Assembly: GCF_000011805.1 (NCBI RefSeq)
Contig: NC_006841.2
Source: Aliivibrio fischeri ES114
GTDB taxonomy: Bacteria > Pseudomonadota > Gammaproteobacteria > Enterobacterales > Vibrionaceae
Strand: one strand, 5' to 3'
Length of the DNA: 32,000 nt
The notes under the pieces were generated by a model that saw only the letters and a program-made list of their open reading frames with translations, was not told the origin of the DNA and did not search any database. The translations under genes and the position numbers were made by a program. Of this stretch, positions 10,154-18,501 are shown piece after piece (positions within the stretch are counted from its first letter, which is position 1; every line of letters starts with the position of its first letter).

Positions 10154-11582
10154 ACACAACTTACAATGTGTTTGGTTCCGACACGATTTGCGAACCATTG
10201 ATAACCCAGCATTACAGGCTGCTGTTGATAATCAGCAGCCTACTTTTGCTCTATTTATTTATTCTGAATCTCAATGGAAAAAACACAATAAAGCGCCGAT
10301 TCAAATCGATTTAATCAAAAGGCGGTTAGTGGAATTAAAAAATGAATTAGAGCAACTCAATATTCCGTTGATCGTTATTTCTAGCCCTTTATTTTCAGAG
10401 ATACCAGCAAAGATAACAGCGCTATTTAACGAACTCAGTGTTAATGCATTATTTGCAAACAAAGAATACGAGCATGATGAACGACTTCGTGATACTCAAG
10501 TATACGAATCATTACTCAATACAAACTGCTATTTTTTCGACGCCAAATGCATACTACCCGTTGGTACTATCATTAATCGAACTCAGCAGCCTTATAAAGT
10601 GTTCACGCCATTTAAAAAAGCGTGGAAAGCCTCGTTTTATCAACAACAGCCACACATTACCAAAACCGGGAAATCCGTTCTGTGTGATCCCAAATTGATT
10701 AAAAAGCTATCCCTAAATAATGATGACTCTTTTGTTTTTTCATCTTCAAATGAAAGTGGAAGTTGGCCGGTTTCGACAAAAGCAATTATTGATATATTAC
10801 GTCAATTTTGCCGTCAAAAAGTAAGCCAATACCATAACAATCGAGATTATCCCGAGATACAAGGCACAAGTCAGTTATCCCCTTATTTGGCCATCGGCGC
10901 TATATCAGCAAAGCAATGCGCGTTGCGTTTACACTTAGAAGCGAATTATGAATTAAATCAAGGAGAAGACATTTGGCTTGATGAGTTAATATGGCGTGAA
11001 TTTTATACGCACCTACTTCATTTTTATCCTAATTTATCAAAAAACCAGGCATTTCTTTCTTATGATAAATACATTGAGTGGGATAACAACCTAGACCATT
11101 TTGAACGCTGGTGTAAAGGTGAAACGGGCTTCCCGATTGTTGATGCAGCAATGAAACAGTTAAATACCACAGGTTGGATGCATAACCGATTACGCATGAT
11201 CACCGCCAGTTTTCTAGTTAAAGATTTACACATTGATTGGCGTTGGGGCGAACAATACTTTATGTCAAAGTTAATTGATGGTGATTTTGCATCGAACAAT
11301 GGTGGTTGGCAATGGTGTGCGTCTGTTGGATGTGACAGTTCTCCTTACTTTCGCATCTTTAATCCAATAACTCAGGGGAAAAAGTTTGATGCAGATTGCA
11401 CCTTTATTAAGCATTGGCTTCCTGAATTAAAAGCGCTGAGCAACAAGGAAATTCACCATCCTAATCCTGCACCGTTATTGAAATCGGATAACTATCCTGA
11501 TCAAATTGTTGATCACGCTCAGCAAAGAATCAAAGTTATCGAGGTTTATAAGCAGGCAAAACAACTGGATATTGCAAGTTAA
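10143..11582 (+). CDS. phrB: Deoxyribodipyrimidine photolyase (class I CPD photolyase)
   Basis: CVWFRHDLRTIDNPAL N-terminus; GWMHNRLRMITASFLVKDLHIDWRWGEQYF and GGWQWCASVGCDSSPYFRIFNP FAD domain motifs. Confidence 0.96.
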   Translation: MDYKHNLQCVWFRHDLRTIDNPALQAAVDNQQPTFALFIYSESQWKKHNKAPIQIDLIKRRLVELKNELEQLNIPLIVISSPLFSEIPAKITALFNELSVNALFANKEYEHDERLRDTQVYESLLNTNCYFFDAKCILPVGTIINRTQQPYKVFTPFKKAWKASFYQQQPHITKTGKSVLCDPKLIKKLSLNNDDSFVFSSSNESGSWPVSTKAIIDILRQFCRQKVSQYHNNRDYPEIQGTSQLSPYLAIGAISAKQCALRLHLEANYELNQGEDIWLDELIWREFYTHLLHFYPNLSKNQAFLSYDKYIEWDNNLDHFERWCKGETGFPIVDAAMKQLNTTGWMHNRLRMITASFLVKDLHIDWRWGEQYFMSKLIDGDFASNNGGWQWCASVGCDSSPYFRIFNPITQGKKFDADCTFIKHWLPELKALSNKEIHHPNPAPLLKSDNYPDQIVDHAQQRIKVIEVYKQAKQLDIAS

Positions 11583-11596
11583 CCACGCTTGAGTAT

Positions 11597-11631
11597 GATT
11601 AATACATCTATTACTAAGAGATGTATTAATC
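11597..11631. repeat. Perfect 13-bp inverted repeat (9-nt loop) abutting the start codon of the PhoD-like gene
   Basis: GATTAATACATCT-ATTACTAAG... arms GATTAATACATCT (11597-11609) and AGATGTATTAATC (11619-11631). Confidence 0.9.
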
Positions 11632-11632
11632 G

Positions 11633-13486
11633 ATGCCTTTACCTTTTGTTCTCGCAGGTCCTATTGTTCGAAAATCCTCAGAAAGTGAAATTAATTTGTG
11701 GATTTCAACATCTCAACAATTAAATGGCAAAGTGCTCATTACTGTTAAAGGGCATCAACAATGCTTCGATATAACCCCATCGCAAGGCATCCAATTAGGA
11801 AACAACGCATGGGTTTATCTTTTACATTGCCAAGCCACATTCCCTGCAAACGAAGCTATCTCTTATGATATTGATACTCAATATGGATTGCTCTCAAAAC
11901 TATTACCTCATGCTCTGTATGATAATGAATCTTCATTTACACTCATCATCAAAAATACAGCCAACTACGTGTTACATGGCTCGTGCCGCAACCCACACTA
12001 TGCAAGTAAAGACAGTTTAGTTATTGCTAATCAACAACATCAAGCGCAGCAACCAGAAGAAAGAGCAAGCCTATTGATGATGAGTGGTGACCAAATCTAT
12101 GCCGATGATGTGGCAGGACCAATGCTTTACGCTATCCAGCAAGTGATACCTAAACTGGGTTTATTTGAAGAAACCTTGCCCCACTCTGAAATACAAAATT
12201 GCTCAGAGCTCTTTGTGCACCCTCATAATTTGTATCATAGAGATAAAATCCTACCTCATTACGTAGAGAAGAATAATTTTTTATCTCGCTGCAATTTGTA
12301 TCGCTCTCGTCCAATATTCAGTTCGACTAAGCATAAAAATCATTTAATAAGTATCTCTGAATTCTTTGTTATGTACTTATTAGTATGGTCTCCAACGCTT
12401 TGGGAAACGATTTCTTTACCAGAAAAACATCCTAATTTAGAGGGTAAATGGCAAAAGATGTGGCAACAAGAGAAACAACAAATTGATCTTTTTGTCGATG
12501 GACTAACTGATGCGCAGCAATTATTTGCGCACATACCGACTTATATGATTTTTGATGATCATGATGTTACTGACGATTGGAATCTAACCATTGGTTGGGA
12601 GAATGCCGTAAATAGCCACCCACTTGCCTCTCAAGTCATTGGTAATGGATTAATTAGCTACTTTCTCTGTCAAGGTTGGGGAAATAATCCAGAGCAGTTT
12701 GATGCTGAGTTTTTAGATGCATTTAGAGATCTTTTTTCTCAATATAACAACGAAGAACATCAAAAATTAATTTGGACTCTAACTCGCTTTGAACAATGGC
12801 ATTACTCAATCCATACCACTCCGAAAGTTGTGGTTCTGGATACTCGTACTCGTCGTTGGCGATCAGAATCAAATACCAATAAGCCTTCTGGATTAATGGA
12901 TTGGGAGGCTTTACTCGATTTACAACACGAGTTAATTGATCAAGAGTCGATCATTATTGTGTCAGCGGCACCCATTTTTGGGGTTAAATTTATAGAAGCA
13001 TTACAAAAAACCATGACATTACTAGGTCAACCTTTGGTTATTGATGCTGAAAACTGGATGGCACATCCAGGCTCTGCAAATACCTTACTGAGTATTTTAA
13101 CTCACCCTAAAACACCACAAAACTTTGTAATTCTATCTGGTGATGTGCACTACTCATTTGCCTACGATATTAATGTACGTCACAGCAAATCAAGCCCCGA
13201 TATTTACCAAATTACGTGCAGTGGATTCAAAAATGAATTCCCTAATGCTCTCTTACGTTTTTGTGATTTTATGGACCGTATTCTTTATAGTCCGCACTCA
13301 CCTTTAAACTGGTTTACAAAACGAAAAAATCTATTGGTATCAAAACGAGATCCATCAACATCAAATCAGCATAAGTTGATTAATCAAAGTGCGATTGGAG
13401 AGTTAAAGTTGGATAATAAAGGCAAGCCAACACAGATATCCATTCTGACTGCAGAAGGAAAATCTATCTCGTTCTTGCCTAAATAA
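11633..13486 (+). CDS. PhoD-like metallophosphatase / alkaline phosphatase D family protein
   Basis: LLMMSGDQIYADD, PTYMIFDDHDVTDDWN, LSGDVHYSFAY metal-binding motifs. Confidence 0.85.
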   Translation: MPLPFVLAGPIVRKSSESEINLWISTSQQLNGKVLITVKGHQQCFDITPSQGIQLGNNAWVYLLHCQATFPANEAISYDIDTQYGLLSKLLPHALYDNESSFTLIIKNTANYVLHGSCRNPHYASKDSLVIANQQHQAQQPEERASLLMMSGDQIYADDVAGPMLYAIQQVIPKLGLFEETLPHSEIQNCSELFVHPHNLYHRDKILPHYVEKNNFLSRCNLYRSRPIFSSTKHKNHLISISEFFVMYLLVWSPTLWETISLPEKHPNLEGKWQKMWQQEKQQIDLFVDGLTDAQQLFAHIPTYMIFDDHDVTDDWNLTIGWENAVNSHPLASQVIGNGLISYFLCQGWGNNPEQFDAEFLDAFRDLFSQYNNEEHQKLIWTLTRFEQWHYSIHTTPKVVVLDTRTRRWRSESNTNKPSGLMDWEALLDLQHELIDQESIIIVSAAPIFGVKFIEALQKTMTLLGQPLVIDAENWMAHPGSANTLLSILTHPKTPQNFVILSGDVHYSFAYDINVRHSKSSPDIYQITCSGFKNEFPNALLRFCDFMDRILYSPHSPLNWFTKRKNLLVSKRDPSTSNQHKLINQSAIGELKLDNKGKPTQISILTAEGKSISFLPK

Positions 13487-13511
13487 ACGCTAGAAAACTA
13501 GCTTGGGGAAA

Positions 13512-13649
13512 TTAATCGTTGAGTGTTGCGTCTAAGTCGCACTCAACTTCCATTGAATTATGGAAATACAGACCGGCTTCAATTGCATCTAGCCATTCTA
13601 ATTCCATCTCTTCACGATATTTTATTTTATCGAGATAATTATTACTCAT
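13512..13649 (-). CDS. Small acidic ORF (45 aa), hypothetical; below the length cutoff of the ORF track
   Basis: [45 protein letters not shown], preceded by AAGGAAATGATAG (good RBS-like AAGGAA) before the ATG. Confidence 0.5.
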
Positions 13650-13762
13650 CTATCATTTCCTTATTTGAGTATATGAGTGTTCTGATTATACAAACCTGCT
13701 ATGACATTACTGTGACAGAGTTAAAACTACCATTCTGTAAATTTTAAATTCATTACACATAC

Positions 13763-13799
13763 TGAGAATGATTCTTATTTATATTGATAATCATTTCCA
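13763..13799. promoter_or_regulatory. Two tandem Fur-box-like sequences
   Basis: TGAGAATGATTCTTA (13763-13777) and TGATAATCATTTCCA (13785-13799), compared with 7-1-7 TGATAATNATTATCA (11/14 and 12/14), about 43-80 nt upstream of the ChaN-like gene. Confidence 0.65.
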
Positions 13800-13841
13800 T
13801 TTAACCTAAGCTATAGGTTTGTTATCTAATGAATTCTTATT

Positions 13842-14789
13842 ATGAAATCCACACCACTACTGTCACTTATTTCATTACTGCTTTTGTCAGGATGTAGTCA
13901 AAACATTCACCAAAAGGCTGACGTTGAACCTTCTGTAGAGAGCTTTTACGATTACCAACTGCTTTCTCCTAGTAGTGACGTCATTGCCCTTACCTCTCTA
14001 CCTGATGAAATACGCAATGCTGATGTTGTTTTAATTGGTGAATGGCACACACATGCAGGTGTTCATCGTTTCCAAACGGATTTATTTAAACAATTAGTAC
14101 AGGAAAACCCAAATTTAGCGTTATCAATGGAACAATTTACCCGTGATAAACAAGATATTCTCACTCAATATCTCTCAGGGGAAATTGGTGAACAGACCTT
14201 AATGAAAGAAGCGAACGCTTGGCCAAATTATGAAAGTGATTACCGTCCGTTAGTTGAATTAGCCAAATTTTATCAACGTGATGTTATTGCATCAAACGCG
14301 CCAAAACCGATTGTAAAATGCATCGGTCAGCAAGGTATTGGTTATCTCGACAAACTCAATGACACCGAGCGTACATGGCTTGCCGCTAACATAGATACGG
14401 CTGATTCTGCATATAAAACGAAATTCTTTAATTCAATGCACCATGGAGATGAATCTCAAACCAAAAAACAGTATGCCGCTCAAATAACATGGGACGCAAC
14501 TATGGCTGAAAGCATTGTTAACTACATCGATCAGCACCCAAATTCACAAGTCGTGCATATTGCTGGTAAATTCCATATTGAAAACGGATTAGGTACTGCA
14601 GCGCAGATTCTAAAACTTAATCCAAACCTGAACGTGGTTGTAGTGACACCAACTGAAACGATAAGCCCAGAGAGTAAAGATTATCAATTAAAGGTATTAA
14701 CACCGCCTAAGCGTTTCGTTAAAAAAGAGAACATGATGAACGCTTATAAAGATCTAAAAAACCGTAACAAAGATCTGGTGTGTAAATAA
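13842..14789 (+). CDS. ChaN family lipoprotein (possible heme/iron-related)
   Basis: Lipobox LLLLSGC; GEWHTHAGVHRFQ and LALSMEQFTRDKQ, ChaN/EreA-like fold motifs. Confidence 0.85.
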   Translation: MKSTPLLSLISLLLLSGCSQNIHQKADVEPSVESFYDYQLLSPSSDVIALTSLPDEIRNADVVLIGEWHTHAGVHRFQTDLFKQLVQENPNLALSMEQFTRDKQDILTQYLSGEIGEQTLMKEANAWPNYESDYRPLVELAKFYQRDVIASNAPKPIVKCIGQQGIGYLDKLNDTERTWLAANIDTADSAYKTKFFNSMHHGDESQTKKQYAAQITWDATMAESIVNYIDQHPNSQVVHIAGKFHIENGLGTAAQILKLNPNLNVVVVTPTETISPESKDYQLKVLTPPKRFVKKENMMNAYKDLKNRNKDLVCK

Positions 14790-14796
14790 TCATAAA

Positions 14797-14842
14797 AAAA
14801 ACCACCTACCTTTGACGGGGGAGTAAAAAGGTAAGTGGTTTT
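14797..14842. terminator. Intrinsic terminator between convergent chaN-like gene and the rpoE-chrR cluster
   Basis: AAAACCACctACCTTT ... AAAGGTaaGTGGTTTT with flanking A/T tracts. Confidence 0.75.
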
Positions 14843-14859
14843 GGTATTTTTTTAGTGCG

Positions 14860-15378
14860 CTATTTTCGGATAACAAGTACGACTTCCCCGACTTGTATTC
14901 CCCATTTATAAATGGCGGTTTGATTGATCACCACTGACTCTGATATTTGATAAATCCAATCATCAAATTCCACTTCATACTGTGAATCATCCACCTCCAA
15001 TACCATGGCATATTTCCAATGTAGCGCATTACCTGCACTCTCTCCGGTGGCTTGTTCAAGGATGTCATTGGCTTTTCCTGTATAGGTTTGGTTACCTAAA
15101 TCTTGAATAACCCAAGTGCGATTTTGTTTTTCGCCATCGTTAAATAAAAACTGTTCATCTAACGTTAATGTGTTTTCTTTCCAACTGGCTTGCAAATCAA
15201 CCGTGAATGTTCTTACTACTTTGCCATCAAATCCTTTTACTATTCCCTCTGCTTTTAAGTCACCTTGAAAAAACGCTTTCATTGAAAATGACGGGGTTAC
15301 TTCAGCGTAATCACTAATCTCTTGAGATGAACACCCCATTAAAACGAAACTGAGCAGCACAAAAATAAGCTTTTTCAT
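14860..15378 (-). CDS. DUF3833-like lipoprotein
   Basis: MKKLIFVLLSFVLMGCSSQ lipobox and lipocalin-like body (GKVVRTFTVDLQASWKENTLTLDEQFLFNDGE). The track start at 15438 is likely 20 codons too early; the ATG at 15376-15378 touches the upstream stop. Confidence 0.78.
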   Translation of the reverse strand: MKKLIFVLLSFVLMGCSSQEISDYAEVTPSFSMKAFFQGDLKAEGIVKGFDGKVVRTFTVDLQASWKENTLTLDEQFLFNDGEKQNRTWVIQDLGNQTYTGKANDILEQATGESAGNALHWKYAMVLEVDDSQYEVEFDDWIYQISESVVINQTAIYKWGIQVGEVVLVIRK

Positions 15379-15881
15379 TACTCGGCTCCTATCAGTTCTA
15401 ATCGCAGGTCGGGATACGTTGTTTTTTCTGACACCCAAATATCCAAGAACAGCTGTGAGAAATCGGAATTTGCGATGCTTCCTATGGGTTTATTGTTTAA
15501 AAAGAATTCGTTGGTTCCGTTTTCATCAATAGTAAATACAAGTTTATCTTCTGGTTTCACATCAGGAAAAACGTTCTCTAATTGCTCTAACCAACTATTT
15601 AAGTCTGGATGGTTGATGGCTTGTTTTTGCCATTGCTCTTTTGTCGCTTTTATTAAGTTTTCTTTGGATATATTACGGTAATACTCGATTTCTAAGGCCT
15701 GTGGGTATTCACCATAAGTAAATTGACCTGATGAAGTAAAAAGTTGTGCCTGATAAACTGAAATGAGATACCAAGTTAATTCCGATTTACCGCTACTTTC
15801 TAACCCAGATAATGGCGCGGATTGAACACTACTTGTTATTAACAACCCCGCTAGAATGAGCATGTTGATTTGCTTCGCCAT
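15378..15881 (-). CDS. Chalcone-isomerase-like family secreted protein
   Basis: Signal peptide (MLILAGLLITSSVQS); G-(x)-LTWYLISVYQAQLFTSSG and ...IEYYRNISKENLI typical of bacterial chalcone isomerase-like proteins. Confidence 0.7.
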   Translation of the reverse strand: MAKQINMLILAGLLITSSVQSAPLSGLESSGKSELTWYLISVYQAQLFTSSGQFTYGEYPQALEIEYYRNISKENLIKATKEQWQKQAINHPDLNSWLEQLENVFPDVKPEDKLVFTIDENGTNEFFLNNKPIGSIANSDFSQLFLDIWVSEKTTYPDLRLELIGAE

Positions 15882-16398
15882 GTGAACTCCCCCTTTCCTG
15901 TATTCTTTGATTTATTCGTTTCTGAATAATAATAAATACGGGTAAATTGACAGCCCAGATCACCGCAACAGCAAATAAAGTGATATTTAATGAATAGACA
16001 AACTCAACGCCGCCAAGTCGTTGTCCTGCGAGATAGTTTAAAGGCCCCGCAATGGCACCAAATAAAGAGATAGCGACGATATGAAAACGATTTAACCATT
16101 TCAAGCTGTGGTTTAAAGCAATAGAGAAGTGAGCCCAAATCATAATTAACCAAATAGGAATAATGGCATTATTGGCAAAAGAAAAGATATCGATTAACGA
16201 TAAGAAGGAATCACTAATAACACCAATAATACCAATAACCGTGATCATCATGGCATCTTGTTTTCGACTTGGTGATACCCACAAATGGATCAATACAGAA
16301 AGTAATAAAAAAGGAATGGCTTGCTGCTTGTAAATAATGGCAGCAAGCCAGGCAAGCTGAAACCACACGGCATTAATCAGAGGGAAATAACGTTGCAT
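15829..16398 (-). CDS. DUF2878 family integral membrane protein
   Basis: Multiple TM helices, starting NAVWFQLAWLAAI; FGAIAGPLNYLAGQRLGGVEF; overlaps the next gene in the cluster. Confidence 0.75.
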   Translation of the reverse strand: MQRYFPLINAVWFQLAWLAAIIYKQQAIPFLLLSVLIHLWVSPSRKQDAMMITVIGIIGVISDSFLSLIDIFSFANNAIIPIWLIMIWAHFSIALNHSLKWLNRFHIVAISLFGAIAGPLNYLAGQRLGGVEFVYSLNITLFAVAVIWAVNLPVFIIIQKRINQRIQERGSSHGEANQHAHSSGVVNNK

Positions 16399-16483
16399 GG
16401 CAGCCTCCTAAACAATAATTTGCAAACATTAATCTATAAAAATCACTTGCAAAAAACTTTACTAACAATCTATATCAATGGAC

Positions 16484-17740
16484 TTAAACAACACCATGTT
16501 GTGGTTTTGCGGCAACAAGGTGAACAGTACTGATTTTTCTTTCAAGAAATCCACCCTCGCAATAACATAAATAGAATTTCCAAAGACGAATAAAGTCATC
16601 ACCATATCCCATCTCTTTTAACTCACCGGCAGATTTATCAAAACGTTGATACCAATGATTCAATGTTTTGGCGTAATCCAACCCAATATCATGCAATGAA
16701 GTGATCACCATATCCGTGTTCTCAGCCACTTTATTTGCCATGACACTCACTGAAGGTAAACACCCACCAGGGAAAATGTATCGCTGAATAAAATCAACAC
16801 TCTTACGGTATTTGTCATAACGTTGGTCAGAGATGGTAATTGCTTGAATAAGCATCTTTCCTTCCGGCTTTAAATGCTGGCTACACACATCAAAGAAAGT
16901 GCTTAAATATTCGTGTCCTACTGCTTCTATCATTTCAATCGACACTAACTTGTCGTATTGACCTTCTAACGTACGGTAATCTTGTTTTAACAAGGTAATT
17001 GAATCTTCCAAACCCAACTGTTTCACTCGCTGCTCGGCATACTCGTATTGAGCGTCTGATATGGTTGTGGTTGTGACTTTTACACCATAATTCTGTGCAG
17101 CATAAATGGCTAATGCTCCCCAGCCTGTTCCGATCTCAAGAAGAGTTTCACCGGGTTTTAGCTCCAAACGCTCACAAATGGTTTGTAACTTAAATAACTG
17201 AGCTTCTTCCAAATTGGCTTCTTGATGTGGATAAATGGCACTTGAATACAGCATTTCTTTATCAAGGAACGTTTTATACATTTCATTCCCTAAATCATAA
17301 TGAGCCAGTATGTTTTTCTTCGATCCATGCTCAGTATTTTTATTGCGTTTATGATTTAACAAATCAAAAAATTGGATAATTTTACTAAAACTGTTTTCAA
17401 CTCTGTCTAACACGCCCTGCTCACGACCTAACACTTGAATCACTTTGGTTAAGTTCGGACTTGTCCACCATCCAGCAACATAGGCTTCGCTGGCACCGAT
17501 ACCACCACCGAACAAAATTTTTCGATACGCTTGCGTATTATGAATCTCCACAACGGCTTCTAACGTTGCATCTGGATTTCCTAAAGTGACTTGGCCAATT
17601 GGATCGTAAATTGTTAAAGATGCTTGAGACATTTTTCCTAAGTAGTCAATTAACACCTTTCTTGCCAGACCATCAATCCAACTTACAGGTTCTACTTGTT
17701 GATTTTCTATCGAAACAGAATTGATTTGATTATTAGACAT
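16484..17740 (-). CDS. cfa: Cyclopropane-fatty-acyl-phospholipid synthase family methyltransferase
   Basis: LLEIGTGWGALAIYAA, LGLEDSITLLKQDYR, YIFPGGCLPS motifs. Start MSNNQIN at 17740 preferred over 17791. Confidence 0.93.
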   Translation of the reverse strand: MSNNQINSVSIENQQVEPVSWIDGLARKVLIDYLGKMSQASLTIYDPIGQVTLGNPDATLEAVVEIHNTQAYRKILFGGGIGASEAYVAGWWTSPNLTKVIQVLGREQGVLDRVENSFSKIIQFFDLLNHKRNKNTEHGSKKNILAHYDLGNEMYKTFLDKEMLYSSAIYPHQEANLEEAQLFKLQTICERLELKPGETLLEIGTGWGALAIYAAQNYGVKVTTTTISDAQYEYAEQRVKQLGLEDSITLLKQDYRTLEGQYDKLVSIEMIEAVGHEYLSTFFDVCSQHLKPEGKMLIQAITISDQRYDKYRKSVDFIQRYIFPGGCLPSVSVMANKVAENTDMVITSLHDIGLDYAKTLNHWYQRFDKSAGELKEMGYGDDFIRLWKFYLCYCEGGFLERKISTVHLVAAKPQHGVV

Positions 17741-17748
17741 GGTTCCCC

Positions 17749-18501
17749 CTACTTTTCTGGATGAGGCACAAACGGTATTCGTTTTAAGCATAATTTCAGT
17801 GCCTGCCAGTAAATTCCATATACTATCTTTACGGTCATCATCGGAATTGAGATCACTTGTTGTTTAATATTTTTTGAATTAAACGGCTTTCTTGTCATCG
17901 AAATGGTCGCATCAAAGATTTTTTCTTGGTTTTTATCCAGACCACGATTTTCTAAATGCAATGAGAGGTGTTTATTGGGGGCTTTAACGAACCAATGATA
18001 TTTCATCTCTAAGTTTAAAAATGGCGAGACATGAAAAGCTTTATCAATGATTTTATCGGAATCCATTTCGATTAAATAATAATGGGTTTGATTCCATGGC
18101 GTATTACTCACTTCCGCTAACAAATAAGTCAATTGGTCATTTTTGTCGTAACAATAATACAAATTAATTGGACTAAAATAGACGCCAAAACAGCGTACTT
18201 GGCCAACAAATAAAACTCGTGTTTGAAGTGATAAACCACCAAGCTCTTCCACTTTATCCCACACCGCTTGTTTTAACGGTTGCTCTGCCTTACCAAGATA
18301 ATCTGAACGGCGAAATGACAACGGTGAAAAGCGATTTTTCCTAAACCACCCAACGGACTCTGTTTGCTCTAACTCATCAAGATCTAAAGCAATAAAAAAC
18401 ATTTCATAGCTAAAACTGTGCTCACGAGTTTGAAAACGGCGATGTCTAACATCACCGTGATAAATACAGGAATGGATCAAATCTGCTTGATGCACACTCA
18501 T
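17749..18501 (-). CDS. DUF1365 family protein
   Basis: SCIYHGDVRHRRFQTREHSFSYEMFFIALDLDE and SPINLYYCYDK typical of DUF1365; start MSVHQADL at 18501 overlaps the upstream stop. Confidence 0.9.
   Translation of the reverse strand: MSVHQADLIHSCIYHGDVRHRRFQTREHSFSYEMFFIALDLDELEQTESVGWFRKNRFSPLSFRRSDYLGKAEQPLKQAVWDKVEELGGLSLQTRVLFVGQVRCFGVYFSPINLYYCYDKNDQLTYLLAEVSNTPWNQTHYYLIEMDSDKIIDKAFHVSPFLNLEMKYHWFVKAPNKHLSLHLENRGLDKNQEKIFDATISMTRKPFNSKNIKQQVISIPMMTVKIVYGIYWQALKLCLKRIPFVPHPEK

Noticed and set aside
10438-12534. ORFs 10438-10698 (+), 11060-11299 (-) and 12340-12534 (-), the last rich in Cys/Ser
   Set aside because: They overlap phrB and the PhoD-like gene; composition is a frame artefact.
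13489-13547. Hairpins GCTAG-AAAA-CTAGC and GTTGAGTG...CACTCAAC as terminators of the PhoD-like gene
   Set aside because: Short stem or large loop and no T-tract; not convincing terminators.
13523-13747. 74-aa + strand ORF in the PhoD-chaN gap
   Set aside because: No good RBS and no family features; overlaps the better-supported 45-aa minus-strand ORF.
15475-16533. + strand ORFs 15475-15681 and 16321-16533 (and 20439-20709)
   Set aside because: Antisense to genes of the rpoE-chrR cluster and their junctions; no supporting signals.
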